This document shows positions 25,957-35,745 of a DNA stretch of 64,000 nt, in pieces. This stretch comes from an uncultured Acidobacteriaceae bacterium (GTDB lineage Bacteria; Acidobacteriota; Terriglobia; Terriglobales; Acidobacteriaceae): NCBI GenBank assembly GCA_963735545.1, contig CAVTLU010000010.1, positions 29,062 to 93,061 on the forward strand, in the 5' to 3' direction. Each line of letters opens with the position of its first letter. Position 1 is the first letter of the stretch. Position numbers and translations under genes: made by a program. Below the pieces are notes generated by a model that was not told the DNA's origin, made no database searches, and saw nothing but the letters and a program-made list of their open reading frames with translations.

Positions 25957-26747
25957 AGACCTGGATTCCTGACGCGCGCAACTTCGCGTACCTCAACTGG
26001 AAGCAGGTGGACGCGCTGCCGCGGGCAACGACTCTACTTATCTTACCGACTGCGGCCATCGAACAACACGGCCATCATTTGCCGCTTGCCACGGACACGC
26101 TGATCAATAATCTGCTGCTCGGCCGGGCGCTGGAAAAACTGCCGGCCGGCTTGCCCGTCTATGCGTTGCCGCCGGTGCACTACGGCAAGAGCAACGAGCA
26201 TCTGGGATTTCCAGGTACGCTTTCGGTGAGCGCGTCCACATTCATGGCGGTGCTGCGCGATCTTGGGTCCAGCTTATCTGGCGCGGGTTTCAAGAAAGTG
26301 GTGCTTTATAACACACATGGCGGCAATGGCGCCCTGATCGACGTAATGGCTCGCGATCTGCGCGCGGAATTCGGCCTGCGGACGTTTGCTTTGCATGGCA
26401 CTGGCGGCATCGCGTTTGAGGGACTGTCCCCGCAGGAGAAAGCTTACGGATTCCACGCCGGCGAGACAGAGACATCGCTGCTATTGGCTTCGGTTCCGGA
26501 GTTGGTGGACCGCTCGGCCTACACCGCCAATTACATTGCGGACGCGTCCAAGCCAAACTTGCTGCGGCCTGAGAATGCTCCTGCAACCTTCGCCTGGCTC
26601 ACGCGAGACATAGCCGAGAGCGGCGTGATGGGCGATCCTCGGCCAGCGACGGCGGAAAAGGGCGCGCGCTGGCTGGAAGAAGCCGCCACGCGGCTGGCTG
26701 CGGCGTTGGAAGTGATGTTCCATTATCCGGATCAGCGCCAGCCATGA
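25953..26747 (+). CDS. Creatininase-fold amidohydrolase family protein
   Basis: 264 aa. ILPT.AIEQHG.HLPL.TD, ...N.HGGN and HAGE.ETS are creatininase/ArfB/MftE family motifs. The start overlaps the upstream stop (ATGA). Confidence 0.85.
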   Translation: MKTWIPDARNFAYLNWKQVDALPRATTLLILPTAAIEQHGHHLPLATDTLINNLLLGRALEKLPAGLPVYALPPVHYGKSNEHLGFPGTLSVSASTFMAVLRDLGSSLSGAGFKKVVLYNTHGGNGALIDVMARDLRAEFGLRTFALHGTGGIAFEGLSPQEKAYGFHAGETETSLLLASVPELVDRSAYTANYIADASKPNLLRPENAPATFAWLTRDIAESGVMGDPRPATAEKGARWLEEAATRLAAALEVMFHYPDQRQP

Positions 26748-28459
26748 GTGAAGACCGCTCAGTCGATTGTGGCAATGGCGTTCGCCTGGAACGCGGCGTG
26801 CGTTGCCGCATGTCCGACGGAGTGGAACTGGTTTCGGACCACTACTATCCGCCCGAACCCGGGCCGCACCCCACACTGCTGATGCGTCAGCCTTACGGGC
26901 GCGAGATCGCTTCCGCGGTGGTATATGCCCATCCCGTGTGGCTCGCGCGGCAGGGATACAACGTGGTCGTTCAAGATGTGCGCGGGCGCGGCGATTCGGA
27001 AGGCGACTTCTATCCCTTTCGCAACGAGCGCCGCGACGGGGCAGAGACCATCGCGTGGCTGCGAACTCGCGGGGAATCGAATGGCCGCATCGGCATGTAT
27101 GGCTTCTCATACCAGGGAATGACGCAGCTGCTGGCCGCGGCGGAGCAGCCGGAGGGCCTGGTTTGTATCGCGCCGGGCATGACGGCTTTTGATCTCTACC
27201 ACGGCTGGTTCTACCACAACGGCGCGCTGCGCCTGGCGTCCAGCCTGGGTTGGGGGCTGCAGACGCTGAAAGCGGATGCGCGGCGCAACCGGCTGAGCGA
27301 GGCAAGTAACCGTCTGGAACACGCGTGGGCGAACCTGGCAGCGCAGACTGCGGTGCTGCCTTTTCGCGCACATCCCGCGCTGCATGGCCTTGGCCTGTCC
27401 GAGTACGTGCTGGATTGGTTCGATCACGACCAGCCCGGCGAATACTGGGCGGCGCTTGACGTCAGCCGATCTCTTGCTCGAATTCAGGTTCCAGCGCTGC
27501 ATGTTTCCGGTTGGTATGATACTTATCTTCACGGCAGCGTCGACGGATTCCTGAAGCTTTCCCACTGCGCCGGCAGCGCGTTCGCGCGCGAACATCAATA
27601 TCTTCTTGCCGGACCGTGGTTGCATATCCCCTGGGGAGACAGAATCGGGGCGGCAGACTTCGGACCGGAAGCATTGCTCGATACCGACGCGATTCTGCTG
27701 CGATGGTTCAACCACTGGCTGAAGGACTCCGGCGAGTTTGCCGAAGAACCGCGCATCCGCCACTTTGTGCTGGGAGAGAACCGATGGCGTGAGGCGGAGA
27801 CGTTTCCTACAGCAGCTGACCACATTCTGTTTCTCCACAGCTCGGGGAGAGCGAATTCGCGCAAGGGAGATGGCACCCTCTCGGCGACTCGGCCCTCGTT
27901 CGATGAACCTTGCGACATCTTCGTCTGTGACCCGGAAGTGCCGGTGCTGGCGCCGGGAGGAGCGGCGGCGTCCGCCGGGCAATTTGACCAAGCGGCGCTG
28001 GAGTTGGGGAACAATCTCCTTATATATACGACCGAGTCGCTGGCGCAGCCTCTGCGGATATTCGGCATTCCGCGGCTAGCGCTGCATTGCGCCACTTCTT
28101 CCGCTCATACGGATTTCACCGCCAAGCTGGTACGCGTGCGGCCAAACGGGGCCGCGGAGTTCATCTGCATGGGCATTGCGCGGTCAAGCTGGCTTTTTCG
28201 TGAGACTGGATACAGCGCCGACAACATTCACTCGTGGGAGTTTGCCCTCGAACCCACCTCATGCCGCTTTGATGCAGGCGACAGGATTCGCCTGGAAGTA
28301 GCCAGCAGCGCCTTTCCGCTGTACGACCGCAATCCGGGCAGCGGCGTTCCCTCGTGCCGGGCTTCCTCGTGGGATTGGCGGCAGTCTACCCAGATTGTGC
28401 ATCACTCGTCTCAATATGCTTCCGCGATTTACCTGCCTGTTGTCGAGGAAACTCAATGA
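26744..28459 (+). CDS. CocE/NonD family (S15 X-Pro dipeptidyl-peptidase-like) hydrolase
   Basis: 571 aa. R.PYGR, GY.VV.QDVRGRG.SEG.F, the nucleophile elbow GMYGFSYQG, and a C-terminal beta-sandwich region. The start overlaps the upstream stop (ATGA). Confidence 0.85.
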   Translation: MSEDRSVDCGNGVRLERGVRCRMSDGVELVSDHYYPPEPGPHPTLLMRQPYGREIASAVVYAHPVWLARQGYNVVVQDVRGRGDSEGDFYPFRNERRDGAETIAWLRTRGESNGRIGMYGFSYQGMTQLLAAAEQPEGLVCIAPGMTAFDLYHGWFYHNGALRLASSLGWGLQTLKADARRNRLSEASNRLEHAWANLAAQTAVLPFRAHPALHGLGLSEYVLDWFDHDQPGEYWAALDVSRSLARIQVPALHVSGWYDTYLHGSVDGFLKLSHCAGSAFAREHQYLLAGPWLHIPWGDRIGAADFGPEALLDTDAILLRWFNHWLKDSGEFAEEPRIRHFVLGENRWREAETFPTAADHILFLHSSGRANSRKGDGTLSATRPSFDEPCDIFVCDPEVPVLAPGGAAASAGQFDQAALELGNNLLIYTTESLAQPLRIFGIPRLALHCATSSAHTDFTAKLVRVRPNGAAEFICMGIARSSWLFRETGYSADNIHSWEFALEPTSCRFDAGDRIRLEVASSAFPLYDRNPGSGVPSCRASSWDWRQSTQIVHHSSQYASAIYLPVVEETQ

Positions 28460-29226
28460 CGGACTTCCCCATTGCGCCGCAGGTCGAGTTCTCCTTCATT
28501 ACCAAGAGCTATATGGGGCGCATGGTTCTGGACGCAGTGAGCCTGAGCGTCGCCAAAGGCGAATTCGTAACGCTCATTGGCGCCTCGGGTTGTGGGAAGT
28601 CAACGGTGCTGAAGTTGATCGCGGGGCTGACGGCACCGAGCAGTGGAAACATCCGAGTAGATGGCATGGCGCCCAAGGATGCGCGAAGGACGGTCTCATA
28701 CATTTTTCAAGATGCGACCCTGCTTCCCTGGCGCACCGTGCTACAGAATGTAGGGCTGGGGCTTGAATTGGAGGGGGTAAACGGCTCTAGCCGCAAAGCC
28801 AAGACAGAGGCTCTGCTGAATCTTGTCGGGCTGGCGCAGGCCGCGAGTTCCTATCCTCGCGAGCTTTCGGGCGGCATGAAGATGCGCGTGTCCATCGCGC
28901 GGGCGCTGGCTACCAATCCGCGGCTCCTGTTGATGGACGAACCGTTCGCGGCGCTGGACGAAATGACGCGCGATCGCCTGAATGAAGAGTTGCTGCGCCT
29001 GCGCGACGAGCAGAATTGGACAGCGGTCTTCGTCACGCATTCCGTCTCGGAGGCGGTTTTCTTGTCTACACGAATCATAGTTCTGGCGCCGAATCCCGGC
29101 AGGATTCACGCTGCCATCCCGGTGCCGCTGCCTTTCCCGCGCACGGCATTGCTGCGCGAGACCCAGGAATTCGAGTCGCTGGTGGGACTCGTGTCGCACA
29201 GCTTGCGGGAGGCGCAGCCGCGATGA
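28456..29226 (+). CDS. ABC transporter ATP-binding protein (NitT/TauT family)
   Basis: ORF 28354 trimmed to ATG 28456 (ATGA overlap). Walker A GASGCGKST, signature LSGGM, Walker B LLLMDEPF. Confidence 0.9.
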   Translation: MTDFPIAPQVEFSFITKSYMGRMVLDAVSLSVAKGEFVTLIGASGCGKSTVLKLIAGLTAPSSGNIRVDGMAPKDARRTVSYIFQDATLLPWRTVLQNVGLGLELEGVNGSSRKAKTEALLNLVGLAQAASSYPRELSGGMKMRVSIARALATNPRLLLMDEPFAALDEMTRDRLNEELLRLRDEQNWTAVFVTHSVSEAVFLSTRIIVLAPNPGRIHAAIPVPLPFPRTALLRETQEFESLVGLVSHSLREAQPR

Positions 29227-30014
29227 AACAACGGCTCATCACGGGGGCCAACGCTGCGCTGGTTTTCTCGGCGTTGTTAGTCCTTTGGCAGATTATTTTG
29301 TGGGTTTTCCGGGTGCCGCCGTATATGCTGCCGTCGCCGTGGGCGGTAGCTCGCTCATCCGCCGTTCGTTTTCCTTCGCTGCTGAACGCAACCTGCCTTA
29401 CCGCTGTGGAAGCCGGCGGCGGCCTGGTGGCGAGCATCGTCGCCGGAGTCATCATCGCATTGCTTTTCGCGCAGTCGCGCTGGGTTCGGCGAATGCTTTA
29501 TCCCTATACGATTCTGCTGCAGACTGTGCCCATCGTTGCCATTGCACCGCTGATCCTCATGTGGGTGGGCGCGGGTACGGCATCGGTGACGCTGATTGCG
29601 TTCATCATTTCACTGGCCCCGGTCATTGCGAATACAACCCAGGGTCTGATCAGCGTGGAGGAGAATCTGGTGCATCTTTTCCTGATGCACAATGCTTCTC
29701 GCGCGCAATTGCTTTTCAAGTTGCGCTTGCCGCACGCAGTGCCTTCGCTGTTCGTGGGAGTTCGCATAGCCAGCGGGATAGCGGTGATTGGCGCGATTAC
29801 GGGCGAACTCTATGCGGGGTCGAGCCGCGTGGGAGAAGGCGGGCTGGGCTACTCCATTCTTTATGCATCGTCCCAGTTGCAGACTGATTATCTGTTTGCC
29901 TTGGTGCTGGCGGCTACGGTGCTAGGGTTCAGCTTTTTTTTTGCGATCATGTTTCTGGAATGGTATTTCCTGCATCGTTGGCACGAATCGGCAAGACTGC
30001 CGGAGGTGGAGTGA
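29223..30014 (+). CDS. ABC transporter permease (NitT/TauT family)
   Basis: ORF 29016 trimmed to ATG 29223 (ATGA overlap). Multi-pass hydrophobic protein, about 263 aa, with a BPD-type transport core. Confidence 0.85.
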   Translation: MKQRLITGANAALVFSALLVLWQIILWVFRVPPYMLPSPWAVARSSAVRFPSLLNATCLTAVEAGGGLVASIVAGVIIALLFAQSRWVRRMLYPYTILLQTVPIVAIAPLILMWVGAGTASVTLIAFIISLAPVIANTTQGLISVEENLVHLFLMHNASRAQLLFKLRLPHAVPSLFVGVRIASGIAVIGAITGELYAGSSRVGEGGLGYSILYASSQLQTDYLFALVLAATVLGFSFFFAIMFLEWYFLHRWHESARLPEVE

Positions 30015-30079
30015 AAGGCCGAGCTCTGGCTGCGTTTGTATTTTTCGTGAACGAGTGTAGGAGCGCGCCATGGCATACC

Positions 30080-30146
30080 CCGGGCGCTAAAGCGCAAAAG
30101 CATCCGCTCTTGATCGCACGGCTGAAGCCGCGCCCCCTTCAAGACC
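30080..30146. repeat. Divergent copy of the GCGCTAAAGCGC ... hairpin + CCCTTCAA(G/A)AC intergenic repeat (family B)
   Basis: gggcgctaaagcgc...gcacggctgaagccgcgcccccttcaagacc. Compare 51079-51156 and 63898-63975. Confidence 0.45.
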
Positions 30147-30183
30147 TTTTGAGGAAATACTGCGAGTAAAGGAAAATTAGAGG

Positions 30184-31014
30184 ATGCTGCGACTGGAGAC
30201 TGACACCGGGTGGTGGCTGGTGACGCATCCCGACCATGCGCGGCTGGCGGGGGCGTTCGCCGAGCGTTGGGGTAACGAGCACTTCCTGCCACCGGAGCCT
30301 CGAGAAAATGTTTTGAAAGGGATCGCGCGCCACGACGACGGTTGGACCGCGCGCGACGCCGCCCCGCAGATTACGCGCCAGGGCAAGCCGAGTGCTTTCT
30401 CGATCGAACTGGTAGGAAAGTATTCGGCGTTCGAGGAGATCGATCTCGCGGACTATCTTGCGGTGCGGGATCGGGCGGTGCGCCTGATCGCCGCGGAAGA
30501 CGCCTACGCGGCCGTTCTCATCTCCATGCACACACACAGCCTCCTTACAGATCATGCGGACCGTTCAACTATTGCGGCCGAAGAATTGCCGCTGCTCGAT
30601 CAGTTTCTCGACCAGCAGAAAAGTTTTCAGCAATCGCTGCGCGGGCAGATTGCGAGCGATTCACAATTCACGGCGCAACAGGCAGGCGAGGCGGCCATTC
30701 TCGACCACTTTCGACTGCTGCAGGCAACCGACAATCTGTCTCTTCTAACCTGCGTGGATTATCGCGAGCCAGCTCATCTGCTGCATCCCTTGCCGTTGCG
30801 CGACGGAGGCTACTGCCGCGTCGAGGTGCGGACGGCAGGGCCACGCCACTTCGTGCTCAGTCCTTATCCTTTTGCGGAGCCGGAGCTGAGTTTTAAGTTT
30901 CCCGCGCGACATGTGGCAGGCAAGATCTTCTCATCGGCAGCCGAACTGCAGCGGGGTTTCGATGTTGCGCCGGTGGAGCTGCTGGAAGTCATCGCAGGCT
31001 CCCGTCGAACGTAA
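30184..31014 (+). CDS. DUF3891 family protein
   Basis: 276 aa. The N-terminal W.L..HPDHA.LAG..A..WGN and HD.GW patterns are recalled for DUF3891. Confidence 0.55.
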   Translation: MLRLETDTGWWLVTHPDHARLAGAFAERWGNEHFLPPEPRENVLKGIARHDDGWTARDAAPQITRQGKPSAFSIELVGKYSAFEEIDLADYLAVRDRAVRLIAAEDAYAAVLISMHTHSLLTDHADRSTIAAEELPLLDQFLDQQKSFQQSLRGQIASDSQFTAQQAGEAAILDHFRLLQATDNLSLLTCVDYREPAHLLHPLPLRDGGYCRVEVRTAGPRHFVLSPYPFAEPELSFKFPARHVAGKIFSSAAELQRGFDVAPVELLEVIAGSRRT

Positions 31015-31140
31015 GCGCGGACGCCCGGTCCGCCTGCCGCAGCGAGCTAAAGCTCACGTCCGGATGAGGCGTCCGGGCCTACGTGAATCAGAAGAAACAA
31101 AAACGGCGGCCGTACCGGCCGCCGCTCTCGTTTGCGCGCG

Positions 31141-34100
31141 CTAGAACTGGAACCGCAAGGACATCTGAATCTGGCGTGGGCTGCCAATCGTCTTATTGAT
31201 TTGGCCGAATGCGCCGCTGACGGTGGGACAGGAATAAAAGCCCTGATTCGTAGCGGGATCGCAGCTTGTGGGCGCGGCCGGCTGGCCCACTGGAGCAAAG
31301 TCGTTAAAGAACAGATTTTGGTCCACGTTATCGATGGGTATGTCGAAGCTGGGCGTGTTTGTCAGGTTGAATACATCCAGCGTGTATTTCATCGAAACGC
31401 GCTCGGTCAACTGAGTCGTTTTCACCAGCGAAATGTCAGCCCTTCGTTGCCAGCTCTGGCGGAAAATATTGCGCTGGCCGTTGGTCCAATCCGTCTCGTA
31501 GAGATCACCGGGCGGAATTGCCCCGCCGAGATCACCTGGCTGCAGCAGAGGTATGGTGAAGCATGCCGCGTCCAGAGCCGGCTCGCCGTAAGCGCCGGTT
31601 GCGCCAGTAACAGCTTTCGAGGGCGTGCACCCCGGGGCTAGAGGAACAATCGGGTTGATGATCCCGTCCGAGGTGCCATAGTAAAGGCCGCCGACGGCGC
31701 CCGAATAATCGATGATGCTGTAGGGCTGGCCGCTCTGGAGCACCGTGATTCCTTGGATCGCCCAGCCATTGGCCAGTTTGCCAACCAGCGAAGATGCCCT
31801 GGCAAAGTTAGGAATCTGATAGGAGTAGTTGAAGTTCATCACATGGGTACGGTCGAAATCCGAATTGCCGTAGCCTGATCGCAGATTCAGCGGATTGTTT
31901 CCGTTGTAGAAAAGACCCATGGCGCTTTGCTCATCGGTGGCGTGAGACCAGGTGTAAGAGAAGCCCACTTGCAAGCCGTGGCTCAGACGCTTCTCCACGT
32001 GCGTTTGCAAAGCGTGGTAAGCCGAGATTCCGGCTGCAGTGTAGGACTCGGATTCCGACGAATACCCGACATAGGGAACACGCAGGTCAATATTGCCGCC
32101 CTCGTAGGTTGCCAGCATGTTGCCCTGGCCATTGGGCAGAGGTATGCCGTTAAAGTTCTGATCTACGACCGTGTAGCCGTAGGAATACTGCTGGCCGTGG
32201 ATGGGATGAGTCGGCGTGGCAATGAGTGCCTGATTGAAAGGGATGGGAACCACTTCATGACGGCCGAGGTTGCCCACATACCCGATGTCGATGGCCAGAT
32301 CCCTCCGCGGCTGCCATTGAATATCGAACGTCTGGTTCATGGTGTAGGGCAGCTTGTTGGCCCGATTGTAGTCGGCGAAGGCAAAGAGTTGGGCGCCGTT
32401 GATGATGTCGCTCCGGCCGGGCAGGAATTTGCCGATGTCCGCGGGGTTGCCGGTGGGCGGCGGTCCGAGTTGTGCTCCCCACGGGGCCGACAATGAGCCG
32501 CCAGTGGGAGAGTTCGGGTCGCACGTGGGAATAAAGTCCAGATAGGGCGCTATCTGACTGGTGCAAGCCTGGGCATTCACAAAGGGCGGCGTCTGGTTTA
32601 CGCCGAACGGACCGCCAGTCACGATGCCGGCGGCGAAGCCCGGTGAAAGATACGTGAACAACTCGCCCCGGTCGTAGTACATGCCCCAGCCCGCCCGGAC
32701 CACGATTTTGTCGTTAAACATCTTCGGGCTCCAGGCAACGCCAACGCGAGGAGCGAAGCCCCACTGGCGTCCGGTAAGCGTAGTGTCGCTCACCCCTTTG
32801 GAGGGAAATTGTTTATTGTTGCCGGCGATGATGAAACCGGTCGAGGTAATGGTGCCGCTGCTTTCGTCGTACGAGTACTGCGACGGATCGAAATTGTAGA
32901 GGCGGCCGTATTTCTCGGTGAGGCCGCCGTGCCAATCGAATCGCAGCCCTGCTGTTACGCTGAGGTTGGGTCGAAGCTGGAACTTGTCCTGAACATATTC
33001 CCCCGTTTCCTTCGAGCGGTAATAACGATTGGCATTGCCTTGCAGGAACTTGGTGGCGACGAAGCCATCGGGGGTATAGGGCGTGACTAGACCCTGGACA
33101 AACTGCGAGAAATCGGCCGAGGCAACGATGCCCTGATTCGTCCTAAGGTCCCGGGTAGTCAGCTGGGTGTAGGAGAAGCTGCCTCCGAAGGTGACGGTGT
33201 GCCTGCCTTTGATCCAGATGGCATTAGCCGACGGCATGAAGCGGTTTTGAAATACCCCGGTGAAAGCGCCTTGGGAATTGGCTCCCTGGCCGATGAGCAG
33301 CGGAGCGTTTTCAACTTCGTTGATGTTATTCGGCGACTCGTTTCCCAACATATCCACGATCGCCATGCCCGGGAAGAACGGTGAGCCAAAAGTATTGATC
33401 CCCAGCGTTTGCGGTGAGAAAGGCTGTTCGATACTGCTGAACAATTTCTCGCGAATGAATCCAAAAGTTTCGGCCAGATTCAGGTTAGCGGTCACCGTCT
33501 GCGTGTTGGTGATGCTTGCTACCTGGCTGCCCGCGTCCAAGTGCTGCGTGAAGCCGGGGATGCTGGAGTATGCGTACGGAGCAACGCTCGGGTCGTGCTG
33601 GTAGTAGTACTTGAACGCGAGAGCGTCCTTGGAGCTTGCATTCCAGTCAATGTCGGACACCGCTTGATCGGCGATGAAGTATGCCGTACCAGGAGCAACG
33701 GCGTTTTCGGGGAAGTTTTGCGTCGGCAGAATCCCGTCGTCGTTAGGAATCATGAACTGCCCGTTGGGCAGCTTGTACTGGAACAAGGCCAGCGCCACCG
33801 GACTGATGTCAGCCGGGCCAAGCGTCGTACCGAAATTCGCGTTCGAGATGTCCGCCAGCCCTTGCGCGGTTCGGTTATTGCTGTTGAGCCCAAATGGGAC
33901 GGCCAGCCGCGAGATGCCGATCTCGTCATCTCCCACATGAGTGTGCTGATAGGAAACGAAGCCGAACAATTTGTCTTTGATGAGGGCGCCGCCCAACGTT
34001 CCACCCGCGTTGTAGCGATGCAGCCCAGGAACCTTCTTGTCCGCTGGAATGTTGGGATCCTGATTGAAGAAAAACGGGGCGGCGTTCAGCCAATCCGTAG

Positions 34101-35016
34101 CGCGCCGGCCGTAGAGGCTTCCGTGCAAAGTGTTGGTGCCAGAGGCTGTGCTCATGTCGATGTGCGCGCCACTGGTCGAACCTTGTTGCGCGTCGTACAT
34201 GGAAGTGTTGACACGCAGTTCCTGGACCATCTCCGGCGCAGGAGTGGGTATGGATTGGCCGATTGACAGATAGGGCGAGGCGGTGCTTTGCACGATCTGC
34301 GCAGTGGTGCTGGAGATGCTGCTGGCGCCGCCGATCCCGGTGTTGTTTACGATGCGGGCGGACGCTACCTGGCTGGTGGTCTTTCCGTTGAACAGATTAC
34401 TGGCATCCACGCCATTCACCAAAAAGGTATTGCTGGTATCGCGCTGGCCGTTGGCCCAGACGGGCTGGTTGCCCAGACCGGCATTGGCGCCGGTGCCCGC
34501 GGGCAGCTCCGCATTCACGCCGGGGGAAAGAATGGCCAATCCGGTGAAGCTACCAGTGGGCAGCGGAATCGCATCGATTTGCTGTTTTTCCAGGATGTAG
34601 CCGTTCGTCGTATCCACGGCGTTCATCAGCGGACTTTCTTCGACGGTGATGGTCTGCCCGACTTGCCCGATCTGCATCGTCGCATTGATCGTAGCAGTGC
34701 GATACGCCTGCACCACGATCGAGGGAATCTTCTGGGTCTCGAATCCGTCATGTGCGAAGGTCAGCGTATAGGTCCCGATGGGCAGGTTGACGAAGGTATA
34801 GCCTCCGTTCGCGCTGGTTTTTTGGCTGCGCATCAACTGAGTCTGGTCGCTAAGCAGCGTCACGGTTGTGTCGTTCAGCACGCTGCCGGTAGGATCCGAG
34901 ACCGTCCCAGTAATGCCGCCGAGCGTCTGTTGGGCGTGCAGTGCGGGTGCAGCGGCGAACACGAGCCCGAACGATGCAGCCAGGAACAAAATCGCAGAAA
35001 GTCTGATTTTCACCAT
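31141..35016 (-). CDS. TonB-dependent receptor with carboxypeptidase-regulatory-like N-terminal domain (about 1290 aa)
   Basis: ORF 31141..35136 trimmed to ATG 35016 with GGGAGGTGG upstream. Signal peptide MVKIRLSAILFLAASFGLVFAAAPALHAQQ, then GGITGTVSDPTGSVL.D..VTL. C-terminal ...QMSLRFQF. Confidence 0.9.
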   Translation of the reverse strand: MVKIRLSAILFLAASFGLVFAAAPALHAQQTLGGITGTVSDPTGSVLNDTTVTLLSDQTQLMRSQKTSANGGYTFVNLPIGTYTLTFAHDGFETQKIPSIVVQAYRTATINATMQIGQVGQTITVEESPLMNAVDTTNGYILEKQQIDAIPLPTGSFTGLAILSPGVNAELPAGTGANAGLGNQPVWANGQRDTSNTFLVNGVDASNLFNGKTTSQVASARIVNNTGIGGASSISSTTAQIVQSTASPYLSIGQSIPTPAPEMVQELRVNTSMYDAQQGSTSGAHIDMSTASGTNTLHGSLYGRRATDWLNAAPFFFNQDPNIPADKKVPGLHRYNAGGTLGGALIKDKLFGFVSYQHTHVGDDEIGISRLAVPFGLNSNNRTAQGLADISNANFGTTLGPADISPVALALFQYKLPNGQFMIPNDDGILPTQNFPENAVAPGTAYFIADQAVSDIDWNASSKDALAFKYYYQHDPSVAPYAYSSIPGFTQHLDAGSQVASITNTQTVTANLNLAETFGFIREKLFSSIEQPFSPQTLGINTFGSPFFPGMAIVDMLGNESPNNINEVENAPLLIGQGANSQGAFTGVFQNRFMPSANAIWIKGRHTVTFGGSFSYTQLTTRDLRTNQGIVASADFSQFVQGLVTPYTPDGFVATKFLQGNANRYYRSKETGEYVQDKFQLRPNLSVTAGLRFDWHGGLTEKYGRLYNFDPSQYSYDESSGTITSTGFIIAGNNKQFPSKGVSDTTLTGRQWGFAPRVGVAWSPKMFNDKIVVRAGWGMYYDRGELFTYLSPGFAAGIVTGGPFGVNQTPPFVNAQACTSQIAPYLDFIPTCDPNSPTGGSLSAPWGAQLGPPPTGNPADIGKFLPGRSDIINGAQLFAFADYNRANKLPYTMNQTFDIQWQPRRDLAIDIGYVGNLGRHEVVPIPFNQALIATPTHPIHGQQYSYGYTVVDQNFNGIPLPNGQGNMLATYEGGNIDLRVPYVGYSSESESYTAAGISAYHALQTHVEKRLSHGLQVGFSYTWSHATDEQSAMGLFYNGNNPLNLRSGYGNSDFDRTHVMNFNYSYQIPNFARASSLVGKLANGWAIQGITVLQSGQPYSIIDYSGAVGGLYYGTSDGIINPIVPLAPGCTPSKAVTGATGAYGEPALDAACFTIPLLQPGDLGGAIPPGDLYETDWTNGQRNIFRQSWQRRADISLVKTTQLTERVSMKYTLDVFNLTNTPSFDIPIDNVDQNLFFNDFAPVGQPAAPTSCDPATNQGFYSCPTVSGAFGQINKTIGSPRQIQMSLRFQF

Positions 35017-35345
35017 TTGTCCACCTCCCGTACGCTGTACATACGCTTGGCCGGATCCAACGCCTGCCCGCTGCGCACGCGCTGTCTTTCTGACCTGACC
35101 TGCGTCGTGGCAGGGAGAGAAGCTGCTGGTCCTCAAGGCGCGGATACTCTGCTGTAGCAGGGAGCAACGACCCTACTGAATGGAAACACCTGTACAGCCT
35201 TGCCCCTCGGACGCTAAATATTTGACCGAATGTACGCCAAGGGGAAGCGATCCGCCCAAATGATTATTTTTGTCGCGCGGATCAGTTATTTTTATTGCCG
35301 TGAGGGGACATCGCGAAACGGGGCGATAGTAACTGCAATCTTGCT

Positions 35346-35727
35346 TCAGCCAAGTAGTGAAACATGGGCGGCGACGATTCGCCAGCCCTCGGGGAGGCGG
35401 ACCCAGACTTGGCTCTGGCGCCCCAATACCTTCCGCCCGTCGACCGTACGCTCGAACTCCAGCGTGATGCTCGCGGAGTCGCGACCGAAAGCGACGATAT
35501 CGAGCCGCCGAATACGGCGCTCTAAATTCACAGGAATGCGACCTTTCCGGAAAGACGCGATCTCGTCGATGCCGTAGAGGTTTTCAGTTACACCGAAACG
35601 CATGACGTGGGGCGAGGCCCAAAACAGGCGCGTAAGGGTTTCGACATCGCTACTGACGAGAGCGGTTTCGTAACGCCGGTATGAGCGTTTGTAGCTCAGC
35701 GACGGTATCGGGATTATTGATTTGCAT
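35346..35727 (-). CDS. AtzH-like / HpxZ-like SnoaL-fold protein; N-terminus apparently split by a 1-nt frameshift
   Basis: The main frame carries YRRYETALVSSDVETLTRLFW..P...RFG..ENLYG.DEI..FR......GRQSQVWVRLPEGWRIVAAHVS, the AtzH-like/HpxZ pattern. It has no ATG near the expected start. A different frame carries ATG 35727 MQINNPDTVAELQTL..., which looks like the family N-terminus, and stops at 35650. Confidence 0.6.
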
Positions 35728-35745
35728 GATGTCGGCACAAAAGGC

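Noticed and set aside
26481-27371. Long antisense or alternate-frame ORFs throughout the window. Examples are 26481..27371 (-), 40392..41720 (-), 8583..9680 (+), 33541..34266 (+), 42744..43394 (-) and 52772..53423 (-).
   Set aside because: They overlap strongly supported genes on the other strand or in another frame. They have Arg/Gly/Pro/Ala-rich low-complexity translations typical of off-frame high-GC sequence, and they show no family motifs.
35017-35345. The 329-nt AT-richer leader of the second TonB receptor, checked for a cobalamin or other riboswitch.
   Set aside because: No B12-box-like GCCACUG core or other motif I recognise is present. There is only a 7-bp inverted repeat, GATCCGC...GCGGATC.
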